This document shows, in pieces, positions 42,142-50,452 of a stretch of DNA of 64,000 nt. Every line of letters starts with the position of its first letter. Positions within the stretch are counted from its first letter, which is position 1. The notes under the pieces are model-generated. The model was not told the origin of the DNA. It saw nothing but the letters and a program-made list of their open reading frames with translations, and made no database searches. The DNA comes from Candidatus Kaiserbacteria bacterium (GTDB lineage: Bacteria > Patescibacteriota > Minisyncoccia > Phycocordibacterales > JABAAK01): assembly GCA_026713605.1 (NCBI GenBank), contig JAPOOC010000007.1:59418-123417 (forward strand), written 5' to 3'. The position numbers and the translations under genes were made by a program.

Positions 42142-43902
42142 ATGAAATTTTTTTTAATGATTGTTGGCGTGGCATTAGTAATTTCCCCGTTCGCCTTGAA
42201 GGCGTGGAACGGGGAAGAGGTTCCCATCCCCGGACTCAACGGCCTCATTGAGGCCATCCGCGACGACGCCACCGAGGCCGACGAAGCAACCGAAGAGGCC
42301 ACTAAAGCGGCCGAGAGAGAGGGAGAACTTTCCTTCTCCCGCATGATGCTGGAGCGGGATGTGAAGCGGATTTCGGCGTTTGAGAACGCCGACGGGTACT
42401 TGGTTACCCGCAGCGACGAGGAGTACAAAGACCTCGCCGCCGCCCTCTCTCGCTTCCGCCTCACCTCTGATAGTGCCAAGAAGGCACTTGATGAGGCGAG
42501 GGGGAAGAGGGGGTACCCCCTCTTTTTCTCCATCGCCCTCGGCGAGGCGGTGGAGGAAGAACCCTTCCTCCAAGTTGTCGGAACGGCGACGATCGAGTGG
42601 TGCAGGTCACGAGAAGAGGCCTATCCGCTCCCCAAAGGTGTGAATTGGTTTACGGTCGGGGCGAACCCGCTCGTGACCCGCGGAGAAATCGAAACTCCCT
42701 CGTTCAGAACAATGAGGGAATTCGTCGCGGCGGAAATCGCTCCCATCGTCGACTCTGCCGACGGTGAGGCGTTAGTCGCCGCCGCAATAGCGGGGAGAAA
42801 GGCGGACCTCGAATTTTTCGGAGTCCAAACGGCCCCCGGGATCATGTCTGCCAAGATTTGGCGGACATATAAAGGGGAAACGGAGGAGCGCATCCCCGCG
42901 GTGCGGTTCCTCCCGTTCATAGAGTCGCGTGCAATCAGCACGCATCCGGCCCATGCCGAGGTGAGGTACAAGTTCGCCGAGGCAATAGACCTCGACCCCG
43001 ACCGCCTCGAAGAGGCGTTGAAGGGGGTGGTCGAAAAGACCGATTCCCGCCGGGCACTCGTCACCTACTGGCCACACCGGCAGGAGCTGAGGGTAGAAGT
43101 GCCCTCAGCATTCACCGACGTGGTGATACGTGTACTCTCTCCAGAGTCCTTGTGGAGAGAGGCCTACAGGGTCGCTTCGGCGACCATGGGCGTTCAGGCG
43201 TCCATCCCTGATCTTGAATTGGAGATCTTAGAAGACCTTGGTCGATATCATGTCGATCAGGGTAAGAAGATCCACCACCACGAGGACTTCCCCGAGAGGT
43301 TTGTGTGTTTGACGCAGGAGAGTAAGTCAGGTGTTGAGGGTAAGATTATTTCTTACCGAGACGCCCAAACACTCCTCCCACGGGAGGGAATCTTGAACGC
43401 TGCCCAACTGCAGGCAGCAATCCAACGAGTGTTGGATCAAGATCCTGAGAGGTCACATTTCGAGTTTGGGTGCCTCCAAACGAGAGAAGAGATCATGGAT
43501 CTCTTCTCTCAGTATCAGTCGGGTTTTGAAAACCCAGCTGACGCATTCCCGTGCCATATGGGATATGACTACACGACGCGTCGTGTAATCATGTTCCAGC
43601 GGATTCAGCAGGACAGACCTGCTGAAACTGCGGACGCCGTCGGGGGAGAGAAACCCTTGGCGTCATACGGAGTAAAAAACTTCAGCGAAAAATCTCTCAA
43701 GGAATTGAGAGAAATGATCGCTGAAGAACACGGAATCACCCTCGCCATCGACGGAGGCGAGGCGAGGTCCTTGGCCTTGAGTATAATAAAGGCCAAAGGT
43801 CTCCCCGTCAAGATACGGGGAGACAAAATTGAGGGCGGTCACGCCCTCATCCATGTAATTTCCTCAAAGAAAATTAGCATGGATGTGGTTGCAGATGAGT
43901 AG
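42142..43902 (+). CDS. Orphan exported/membrane-anchored protein, 586 aa
   Basis: Long ORF, N-terminal hydrophobic segment, GGAGG SD, TTGACA-17-TATATT promoter and structured leader. Confidence 0.75.
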   Translation: MKFFLMIVGVALVISPFALKAWNGEEVPIPGLNGLIEAIRDDATEADEATEEATKAAEREGELSFSRMMLERDVKRISAFENADGYLVTRSDEEYKDLAAALSRFRLTSDSAKKALDEARGKRGYPLFFSIALGEAVEEEPFLQVVGTATIEWCRSREEAYPLPKGVNWFTVGANPLVTRGEIETPSFRTMREFVAAEIAPIVDSADGEALVAAAIAGRKADLEFFGVQTAPGIMSAKIWRTYKGETEERIPAVRFLPFIESRAISTHPAHAEVRYKFAEAIDLDPDRLEEALKGVVEKTDSRRALVTYWPHRQELRVEVPSAFTDVVIRVLSPESLWREAYRVASATMGVQASIPDLELEILEDLGRYHVDQGKKIHHHEDFPERFVCLTQESKSGVEGKIISYRDAQTLLPREGILNAAQLQAAIQRVLDQDPERSHFEFGCLQTREEIMDLFSQYQSGFENPADAFPCHMGYDYTTRRVIMFQRIQQDRPAETADAVGGEKPLASYGVKNFSEKSLKELREMIAEEHGITLAIDGGEARSLALSIIKAKGLPVKIRGDKIEGGHALIHVISSKKISMDVVADE

Positions 43903-43980
43903 TTTCGTCTGCAATCCCACGCCCAACAGAGCGTGAACAGAATCTGTTATAGTTTGAGGGGTTCTATTAAAAAAACTCCT

Positions 43981-44034
43981 TCTATCGCAAACTGATACCG
44001 TTTGCCTGATGAGTCCATGGTAGGACGAAATAGA
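43981..44034 (+). ncRNA. Type III hammerhead ribozyme; predicted cleavage after C43986
   Basis: TCTAT-C / GCAAAC-TGATACC-GTTTGC / CTGATGA / GTCC-ATGGTA-GGAC / GAA-ATAGA: complete core and all three stems. Confidence 0.9.
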
Positions 44035-44191
44035 TACATTGACAATCTTGGAAGCAGCATAGTCCACATATCATGATAGTACTACGGTCATGGTATGTGG
44101 GCTATGGTGCCCAAAAAAAACGCCGCCGAGGGTTTCGGTGGCATGATCTGGTTGAAGTTACACCCCGGCTCCGCCGGGAAAGGAGCAAAAA

Positions 44192-44743
44192 ATGAAAGGT
44201 TTAATTTTCATCATCACGGCAGCTATGGCACTGCTCATGACCACGGTCGCCGACGCAGAGTCGGCAAGTAGCATCTCGGTCTGGCGGGTAGAACCACCCG
44301 CCAAGGAAAAAACCAGAAAAACATACACCGTCCCTGAGACGGATGTTAATATCACGATCGAAGACAAGATCGTGGTTGAAAGTGGGGGCGTGGTGCTTGA
44401 CGCACCACGCCCAAAGGACCCGAAAGAAATGATACGGGTGACCGCAGACCTTACGGCTGCGGTCATGCAGCGGGTCGCCGTCAAAGCGGAGACGCCTCCC
44501 AAGGAGGAAACATCCCCTAAAGAGGTCCCAGCTGAGAAGGTGGAACCGACACCCACGGCCCCGGCAACTCCAAAGGTAGACGCTCGCGATAGCAGCGTCT
44601 ACTATGCCGAGGGGAATGTCAATGTGCACAACAACAATGTGCACATTGGCGGCGGGAAAGGGAAGCGGAAGATAACCGTCCGTCGGCGGTACTTCCGAAC
44701 TGAACCCGCCGTCCGGGGGTTTGGCGCAGTCGGGCTGCGCTAA
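44192..44743 (+). CDS. Orphan secreted protein with Pro/Glu/Lys-rich linker
   Basis: Signal peptide MKGLIFIITAAMALLMTTVA; AAAGGAG SD. Confidence 0.7.
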   Translation: MKGLIFIITAAMALLMTTVADAESASSISVWRVEPPAKEKTRKTYTVPETDVNITIEDKIVVESGGVVLDAPRPKDPKEMIRVTADLTAAVMQRVAVKAETPPKEETSPKEVPAEKVEPTPTAPATPKVDARDSSVYYAEGNVNVHNNNVHIGGGKGKRKITVRRRYFRTEPAVRGFGAVGLR

Positions 44744-44758
44744 CCCGCAAGGTCTTTG

Positions 44759-44799
44759 ATGGCACCGATTCAGCAATGAATCGGTGCCATTTATTTTTT
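44759..44799 (+). terminator. Intrinsic terminator
   Basis: ATGGCACCGATTCA-GCAA-TGAATCGGTGCCAT followed by a T-rich tail. Confidence 0.8.
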
Positions 44800-44884
44800 A
44801 AGGGTGTATCCCACAAAAATTGCCAAAACAGGAGAAGTGGGGTATAATATAAAGTAAATTGATGTTTACGAAGGGGGGAAGGAA

Positions 44885-45481
44885 ATGAAGTTCCTTGCAC
44901 TGCTACTAGCAATCTCCTCGCTATCATTTGCCAGCGCAGAAGCAAACGATAGCGCGGTGTTTCTAACGCTACCTGGCTTTGAGGAAAAAGTCGGTGTGGC
45001 GTTTGACGCGAAAGAGGTAGAGATGGTCGCAGTGTACCGTGGTAACAATCTCTACCTCCGCCCACTCAGCAGGAAATTGCGACTGCTGCTGGGAAAAGAA
45101 AAGGCAGTCGCCACCAAAACCCTCTCTCTGCCAAACCTCATCAGGGATGAGGCGGCACGAGGGAAGGGGGAAACCCCCGCACTGCTGATCTCCGAGCGGG
45201 CATTTGGTAAGCCCGCCGACACCTTCCTTTTGCGTGTGAAAGGGAAGGTGATCAGTGGGAGGTTTCCCAAGGAAAAGGGTAACCAGTCCCAAGTAGGGGT
45301 GGCACTCTTCATGGGGAAGAAAGGGGTGCACCTCTACTGCCTCTACGTCTCAGAAGAAAGTGTAGAGGTTAACTTCCGCACACTCACCGAGCGGCAGTAC
45401 AAAGCTGCGAAGAAGAGTGTTGCGGAGAAGTTGAAGGCCGCCGGGCAGAAAAAGGCGGCAAAAAAGGTGGGTGACCTTTAG
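44885..45481 (+). CDS. Orphan secreted protein
   Basis: Signal peptide MKFLALLLAISSLSFASA; TTGCCA-17-TATAAT promoter; G-rich SD. Confidence 0.72.
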   Translation: MKFLALLLAISSLSFASAEANDSAVFLTLPGFEEKVGVAFDAKEVEMVAVYRGNNLYLRPLSRKLRLLLGKEKAVATKTLSLPNLIRDEAARGKGETPALLISERAFGKPADTFLLRVKGKVISGRFPKEKGNQSQVGVALFMGKKGVHLYCLYVSEESVEVNFRTLTERQYKAAKKSVAEKLKAAGQKKAAKKVGDL

Positions 45482-45484
45482 CAC

Positions 45485-45526
45485 AAACAGCATACCGTTG
45501 TAAAACGGTGTGCTGTTTTTATTTTT
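45485..45526 (+). terminator. Intrinsic terminator
   Basis: AAACAGCATACCGTT-GTAA-AACGGTGTGCTGTTT followed by a T-run. Confidence 0.75.
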
Positions 45527-45550
45527 CTGTGGCAAAATATCAGTAATCCA

Positions 45551-45622
45551 GGCGTGGTAGCCAAGTGGTAAGGCAGGGGTTTGCAAAACCTCTATACGCG
45601 GGTTCGATTCCCGCCCACGCCT
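45551..45622 (+). tRNA. tRNA-Cys(GCA)
   Basis: GGCGTGG..CCACGCC-T, anticodon loop TTGCAAA, T-loop GGTTCGATTCC. Confidence 0.95.
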
Positions 45623-45668
45623 CCTGTGCATAATTTGACTTTTCATGGTAGATTGATACACTAATTTT

Positions 45669-46292
45669 ATGGTTACCTATGCACAAGAGGTGGCAGAAAC
45701 GCTCGCCACATCAGGTGGGTCGGAGGGTTTATTTATCCTGAGTATCATAATAAACATCATCGCTTTGGCATTCGGATCTGGCAGATTGTTCAATGAAATA
45801 AAAAATACAAAATCTGAAGTTGCAAGCATGAGCGGGCGATTAGACAAGCAAGGAGAAAAGATAGATCGGGTGGCAGAAGGGCTTGCCGAAATCCGCGGAT
45901 CTTTTCTTGTGTTCAAAGAAGCGGTTGCCACACAGCAGTCAAGTCCGTTAACCTTAACAAAGCGGGGTGAAGAAATTTTACAGAAAAGTGGTGGCGATAC
46001 CATACTGAAAAACCTCTTTGAAGATCTGTACTCGCGATTTGAAGGAGTCACAAATGCGTATGATATACAGCGAAGGGCGAGGCAGGTGATCGAGGATTTG
46101 TTTGATGAAGGAGAAAAATTAGAGTTAGTGAAAAATTATCTGTATAACGAAAAAGAGAATCACAAAACGGTTGTGGATGTGTTGGGGATTGAGCTACGAG
46201 ATATGGTATTTGAACGACGAGGTATGCCGATAAAAAAACGGGAAAAAGAGCCAGAGCCATCCGTTGTGCGGGATGAGGTGCAGAGAGTATAG
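45669..46292 (+). CDS. Hypothetical membrane protein (one TM plus coiled coil)
   Basis: 207-aa ORF with one TM; TACACT 6 nt before the ATG. Confidence 0.7.
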   Translation: MVTYAQEVAETLATSGGSEGLFILSIIINIIALAFGSGRLFNEIKNTKSEVASMSGRLDKQGEKIDRVAEGLAEIRGSFLVFKEAVATQQSSPLTLTKRGEEILQKSGGDTILKNLFEDLYSRFEGVTNAYDIQRRARQVIEDLFDEGEKLELVKNYLYNEKENHKTVVDVLGIELRDMVFERRGMPIKKREKEPEPSVVRDEVQRV

Positions 46293-46446
46293 GGGATTTG
46301 CACGACCTCAAATTTTTAACCTGACCATTGTTTATTGCTTGTCAAGAAGAGAGAAAACCACACGCCTTACAAGGATGTAGGATGAAATCGGGCGGTGCGA
46401 TTCCTTTTTGGGAAATGGATTGCGGTTGCGGTTGCTTTGGCACACC

Positions 46447-46746
46447 TCATGGCAAAATCTCCTTCGCAAGGGTAAAGCGAACGGTGGGGGCGATGCGGAG
46501 AGCGGTGTGCTTTTTAAGGTATTCGCGACAAACAGATTCTTTGCGCTTGAGGAACGCAAGTGCCTGTTCTTGCTGCTCCTTTGGAAAAACAGAGCAGTAG
46601 ACCGTAACGGTTGTTCCGGCTTTGTTGAGATCAATATACGATATCGTAATAAATGGCTCAGCGTTGGCATGTTCTCTGAGGAAATGCGCTATTGCCTGGT
46701 GCAGTATGGTATGCACCCTGCCGGTGCGAAACGGGTTCTTTTGCAT
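46447..46746 (-). CDS. rbfA: Ribosome-binding factor A
   Basis: Directly downstream of infB; FITISYIDL..VYCSVFP..LRIAPTVRF; start at the ATG at 46746. Confidence 0.85.
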   Translation of the reverse strand: MQKNPFRTGRVHTILHQAIAHFLREHANAEPFITISYIDLNKAGTTVTVYCSVFPKEQQEQALAFLKRKESVCREYLKKHTALRIAPTVRFTLAKEILP

Positions 46747-46756
46747 AGGGGAGGTA

Positions 46757-48250
46757 TTATGGGGTTGCTGCCGTGGGAAGGGCGAGTACCGTATCACCCA
46801 CCTTTACTGCGCCATCGCCGCGAATGCGCATTGCAAATTGTGCTTTCTCACCAGATACCGTTTCTTGCGATTTGTTTCGCTGCTCAATGGACTCAACAAT
46901 AAATCGCCCAACGACCTCCTTGTTTCGCAGAACAGCAATATGCTGCTCAACAGCAAACGAGCCGTGCTGTATCTGCGCACCAACGATGGAGATACGCTGC
47001 GATGACTGCTCTTCAAAGATGCGAATAATCGCTGCGGCACCGGTCGGGTTTTGCACCTCATACCCTTCTCGTTTTTGCTTTGACAGAGTGGTTGCCCATT
47101 GGGTAACCTCGTAGATGGTGGGGAAGAGGTGAAGGGCAATACCACTTCGTTCAGCGAGCTGTTTTGCCCGCTGGTCAGCATTCGTGTGAAAGCCGAGTAC
47201 TTGCCCGCCATCTTCCGCAAGCGCAAGACGGACATCCTCTTCAGTGATGTCGCCCACACTACTTTTGATAACAGTGAACTGCACGCCGTCAGAGGCAACC
47301 GCGGCAATCGCCTGCTGTATAGAAGAAAGTCCAGATGCGGTGTCCGACCGCAAGACAAGCGGGATGACTATTTGTTTTGAGCTATCCGCTACTCGGTTGG
47401 GACCGCCAGACGATTGTTGCGCTTCTGCCGTTTCCAACGCTTCTTTTTTGGTAGCACAGAGGAACACCGGATGACCGACGGGTGGAACAGCGTCAAAGCC
47501 CGCAACTTGGATCGGCATAGATGGTTTTGCATCCAACACGGTGTTGCCTCGATCATCTTTCATAATACGCAACGGAGCAATAGTAGCGCCAACACGAATA
47601 TACTTACTCTGTTCCAGCGTACCTTGCAACACAATAACCGTGCCAGTGATACCAATTTTCGGATCAACCACCGCTTCAACAAGGATGCCAACTGAACCAT
47701 CTTGACGGTCTTCTATGATTTCATACACATCAGTCGTGAGGAAGATAAGCTCTATCAAATCACTAATACCCTCACCGGTAATAGAAGACACACCAATCCA
47801 TGGCACCGACCCGCCAAGCCCTTCAAGGAGCACCCCATGCTGCAACACGGTCTGCTTCGCCCGCTCTATATTTGCCTGCGGCTTATCAAGCATCGTAAAA
47901 ACAATAATATGAGGCAACTGCTTTTCCTGTATCGTTGCATACGCCTCCGCGGTCTGTTCCTTCCACCCCTCTTCCGAGGACACGACCAAGAGGGCAATAT
48001 CAGCAAGATCAAGGCCATGTTCCCGCACCATAGAAAACGCCTCATGCCCAGGGGTATCTATAATAGTCGCCCGCCGCTCCGCCCCCTCATACTGCGCGTG
48101 CAACTCATATGCCCCAATATGCTGGGTAATATCACCTGCCTCAGACAAAGCAGCATCCGCCTTACGGAGGGCATGCTGGAGGGTTGATTTACCGTGGTCT
48201 ATATGACCCACGACGGCGATAATTGGGGGTCGTTTTTGTGTTGTAGCCAT
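46757..48250 (-). CDS. infB: Translation initiation factor IF-2 (short, no N-terminal domain)
   Basis: RPPIIAVVGHIDHGKST, GDITQHIGAY, DTPGHEAF; G4 reads TMLD. Confidence 0.93.
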   Translation of the reverse strand: MATTQKRPPIIAVVGHIDHGKSTLQHALRKADAALSEAGDITQHIGAYELHAQYEGAERRATIIDTPGHEAFSMVREHGLDLADIALLVVSSEEGWKEQTAEAYATIQEKQLPHIIVFTMLDKPQANIERAKQTVLQHGVLLEGLGGSVPWIGVSSITGEGISDLIELIFLTTDVYEIIEDRQDGSVGILVEAVVDPKIGITGTVIVLQGTLEQSKYIRVGATIAPLRIMKDDRGNTVLDAKPSMPIQVAGFDAVPPVGHPVFLCATKKEALETAEAQQSSGGPNRVADSSKQIVIPLVLRSDTASGLSSIQQAIAAVASDGVQFTVIKSSVGDITEEDVRLALAEDGGQVLGFHTNADQRAKQLAERSGIALHLFPTIYEVTQWATTLSKQKREGYEVQNPTGAAAIIRIFEEQSSQRISIVGAQIQHGSFAVEQHIAVLRNKEVVGRFIVESIEQRNKSQETVSGEKAQFAMRIRGDGAVKVGDTVLALPTAATP

Positions 48251-48463
48251 ACATACCAGTATACCAAAATATAGGAAAATAGAGGGATTTTTGGGATGTT
48301 TGGGTATATAGTAGAAGAAATACCCATAAAACCCTTATTTCATAAGGTTTTTTATAATAACACAAGATTGACAATATAGCAAATATAAGCCATAATACAT
48401 ATAGTGTATTTTTTGGAATCTTAACTTTATTTTATCCCGGCTCTGCCGGGAAAGGGGAAAGAA

Positions 48464-49489
48464 ATGAAAACCTTCTTATTTTTCTGCCTCGCCGTGTCCC
48501 TAGGTGCATTCCTGGGGCTGTTCGACGGCGAGGCACCCACATCTCCCTCTCCCAGCAGGGAGGGGAGAATTGCCACCACCATCAAGAGAATTGAGCGGGT
48601 GGTGGTAAAGACAAGGCGTCAAAAAAAGGCGCCAGCAAAACTCCCTGCCAGCGAGCGGGGGGTAGTCGGTGCGGCCAAAAAGATAGGGCCGCACACCAGC
48701 ATCCCAGAAGAGGTGTTGGTGGGGATTGCCGAACAGGAAACACAGTTCGGCAAAAACTTCGGAAAAGCGGGGCGCGCGCTCAATCGCGCGCGCTCAATCA
48801 AGGAGCAAGCGCTCCTTGCGTTTGTCGCGGCGGAAAGAGGGGTGTCCATTGAGCAAATGGAGACATCCACTTCTGCGGCGTTCGGGCTGACACAGGCCAG
48901 ACCGTCGCTATATCTTGCCCATTGCGGGCTGGAGGTGCAGTTCGGAAAAACCCCAACCGTCCTTCTGCACGGGACACAGGCATACCGCAGTATGTCCCGC
49001 GCAGAAAGATCCGCTGGGATCAGAGAGATCCAGCGGAAGTTGGGGATGAAAAAAGTTGATGGGCTGATCGGCCCGTCAACATTAGAGGCGATCGAGGAAA
49101 AGGTCGGTCGCAGGGCTTTTGACAAGGTAGCGAAATACCTCCTGGTCAAAAAGTACTATGGTAACCACGTGAAATTGGTTACCAGCAAAGAGCGCGACAA
49201 GGTTTTTCAAAGAATCTGTCGCGCGGAAAGAAGAGATCCGGTGAGAACGAAGTATTTCTTGCCAGACCTCTGGAACCCGGTGCACGCTCTGGCATACACC
49301 AGCGTGCATCTGGAGGACGACCTCCGCATAGCGAAGAGATCGTCCAAGCGGGAAGATTCCGCAGTAGATGTGGCAATTGCCGCGTATTACTGTGGAATCA
49401 AATCTGCCCTGAACCGCAACCCTGACGGGCTGTGGTATCAGAGGCAAGTGAAGGCAAAGGCAGGGAAATTTAAAACTGTCTTTGCTTAA
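48464..49489 (+). CDS. Lytic murein transglycosylase-like protein with peptidoglycan-binding domain
   Basis: IAEQETQFGKNFG (catalytic Glu), AFGLTQ, DLWNP..A, IQRKLG..VDGLIGPSTLEAI (PG_binding_1-like). Confidence 0.72.
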   Translation: MKTFLFFCLAVSLGAFLGLFDGEAPTSPSPSREGRIATTIKRIERVVVKTRRQKKAPAKLPASERGVVGAAKKIGPHTSIPEEVLVGIAEQETQFGKNFGKAGRALNRARSIKEQALLAFVAAERGVSIEQMETSTSAAFGLTQARPSLYLAHCGLEVQFGKTPTVLLHGTQAYRSMSRAERSAGIREIQRKLGMKKVDGLIGPSTLEAIEEKVGRRAFDKVAKYLLVKKYYGNHVKLVTSKERDKVFQRICRAERRDPVRTKYFLPDLWNPVHALAYTSVHLEDDLRIAKRSSKREDSAVDVAIAAYYCGIKSALNRNPDGLWYQRQVKAKAGKFKTVFA

Positions 49490-49495
49490 ACAACA

Positions 49496-49520
49496 GGGGC
49501 GGGCGCTTTGCGCCCGCCCC
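49496..49520 (+). terminator. GC-rich terminator hairpin
   Basis: GGGGCGGGCGC-TTT-GCGCCCGCCCC. Confidence 0.7.
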
Positions 49521-49581
49521 ATTACTATTTTTACAGACAAACCAAATCCACCCCAATTTTTATACGATATACTACCACTAT

Positions 49582-50394
49582 ATGAGCGATATACATGTAG
49601 ACAAACTGAACAACTCACAGTTGATACTGCTGGTGCTATTGATATCGCTGGTAGTGTCTGCAGCAGTGGCAGTAGCAACACTATCAGTAGTGTATGAACG
49701 ATTAGCATTAGCACCAGGCGCTGAAACAGAGTCGCAGCCGACGGTCATCAGGCAGACGATCAATAGAATTATTGAGCGAGAGCCAGCATCAGGATCCGGC
49801 ATCACAAATACGCAGAGCACAGCAGGGATGCTGACACTAGACACCATTGAGCAGGCACTCGTGCAACTCTACTTCGGCTCGCAACCGTTCACCCACGGTA
49901 TGTATATTTCACCGAACGGACACATCTTCGCAGCAGAAACGCTAGACCCACAACGACGATACAGCGTGCTGGATGAGGCAGGAAATCCAACCTTCTTTTC
50001 ACTGCTACACAACGGGGAGAAGTATGCGCTGTTGGCTCCGGTAGATACCGATACATACACGACACAACACTATGTACCACTAGAACACAGCTCGGACATA
50101 CTACTCGGACAGACCGTGGTGGTATTCGGCGGATCAGGGGAGCGCGCGCAACTGCACACCGGCATCGTCTCGCAGAAGAAGAAAGTCGCGGGTGAAACCT
50201 CCTCATTTCGGGTGTCAATCAACGCATCAGAAATCACCACTACCTCCGCCGTATTCATAGAAAACTCATTTGTCGGATTCGCGCAACCGTATACTGACTG
50301 GATAGCACTCCCCAGCAGCACCGTTACCACCTACGCAACAAAACAACAAGCAGGGGAAAACACAACCACACCACCTGCAGAATCACCACAATAG
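49582..50394 (+). CDS. Membrane-anchored trypsin/HtrA-like protein, catalytically degenerate
   Basis: N-terminal TM, QTINRIIER, GMYISPNGHI, LGQTVVVFG, TGIVS; no GNSGG. Confidence 0.55.
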   Translation: MSDIHVDKLNNSQLILLVLLISLVVSAAVAVATLSVVYERLALAPGAETESQPTVIRQTINRIIEREPASGSGITNTQSTAGMLTLDTIEQALVQLYFGSQPFTHGMYISPNGHIFAAETLDPQRRYSVLDEAGNPTFFSLLHNGEKYALLAPVDTDTYTTQHYVPLEHSSDILLGQTVVVFGGSGERAQLHTGIVSQKKKVAGETSSFRVSINASEITTTSAVFIENSFVGFAQPYTDWIALPSSTVTTYATKQQAGENTTTPPAESPQ

Positions 50395-50452
50395 CACAAA
50401 GGTGTAAAGTGGTTGAAACGGCAGATGGGGTGTGGTACCATGTTCACTATAT

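Noticed and set aside
40230-45481. Prophage or integron cassette array
   Set aside because: No integrase, terminase, capsid or attC-like sites were recognised; most genes carry their own promoters and terminators.
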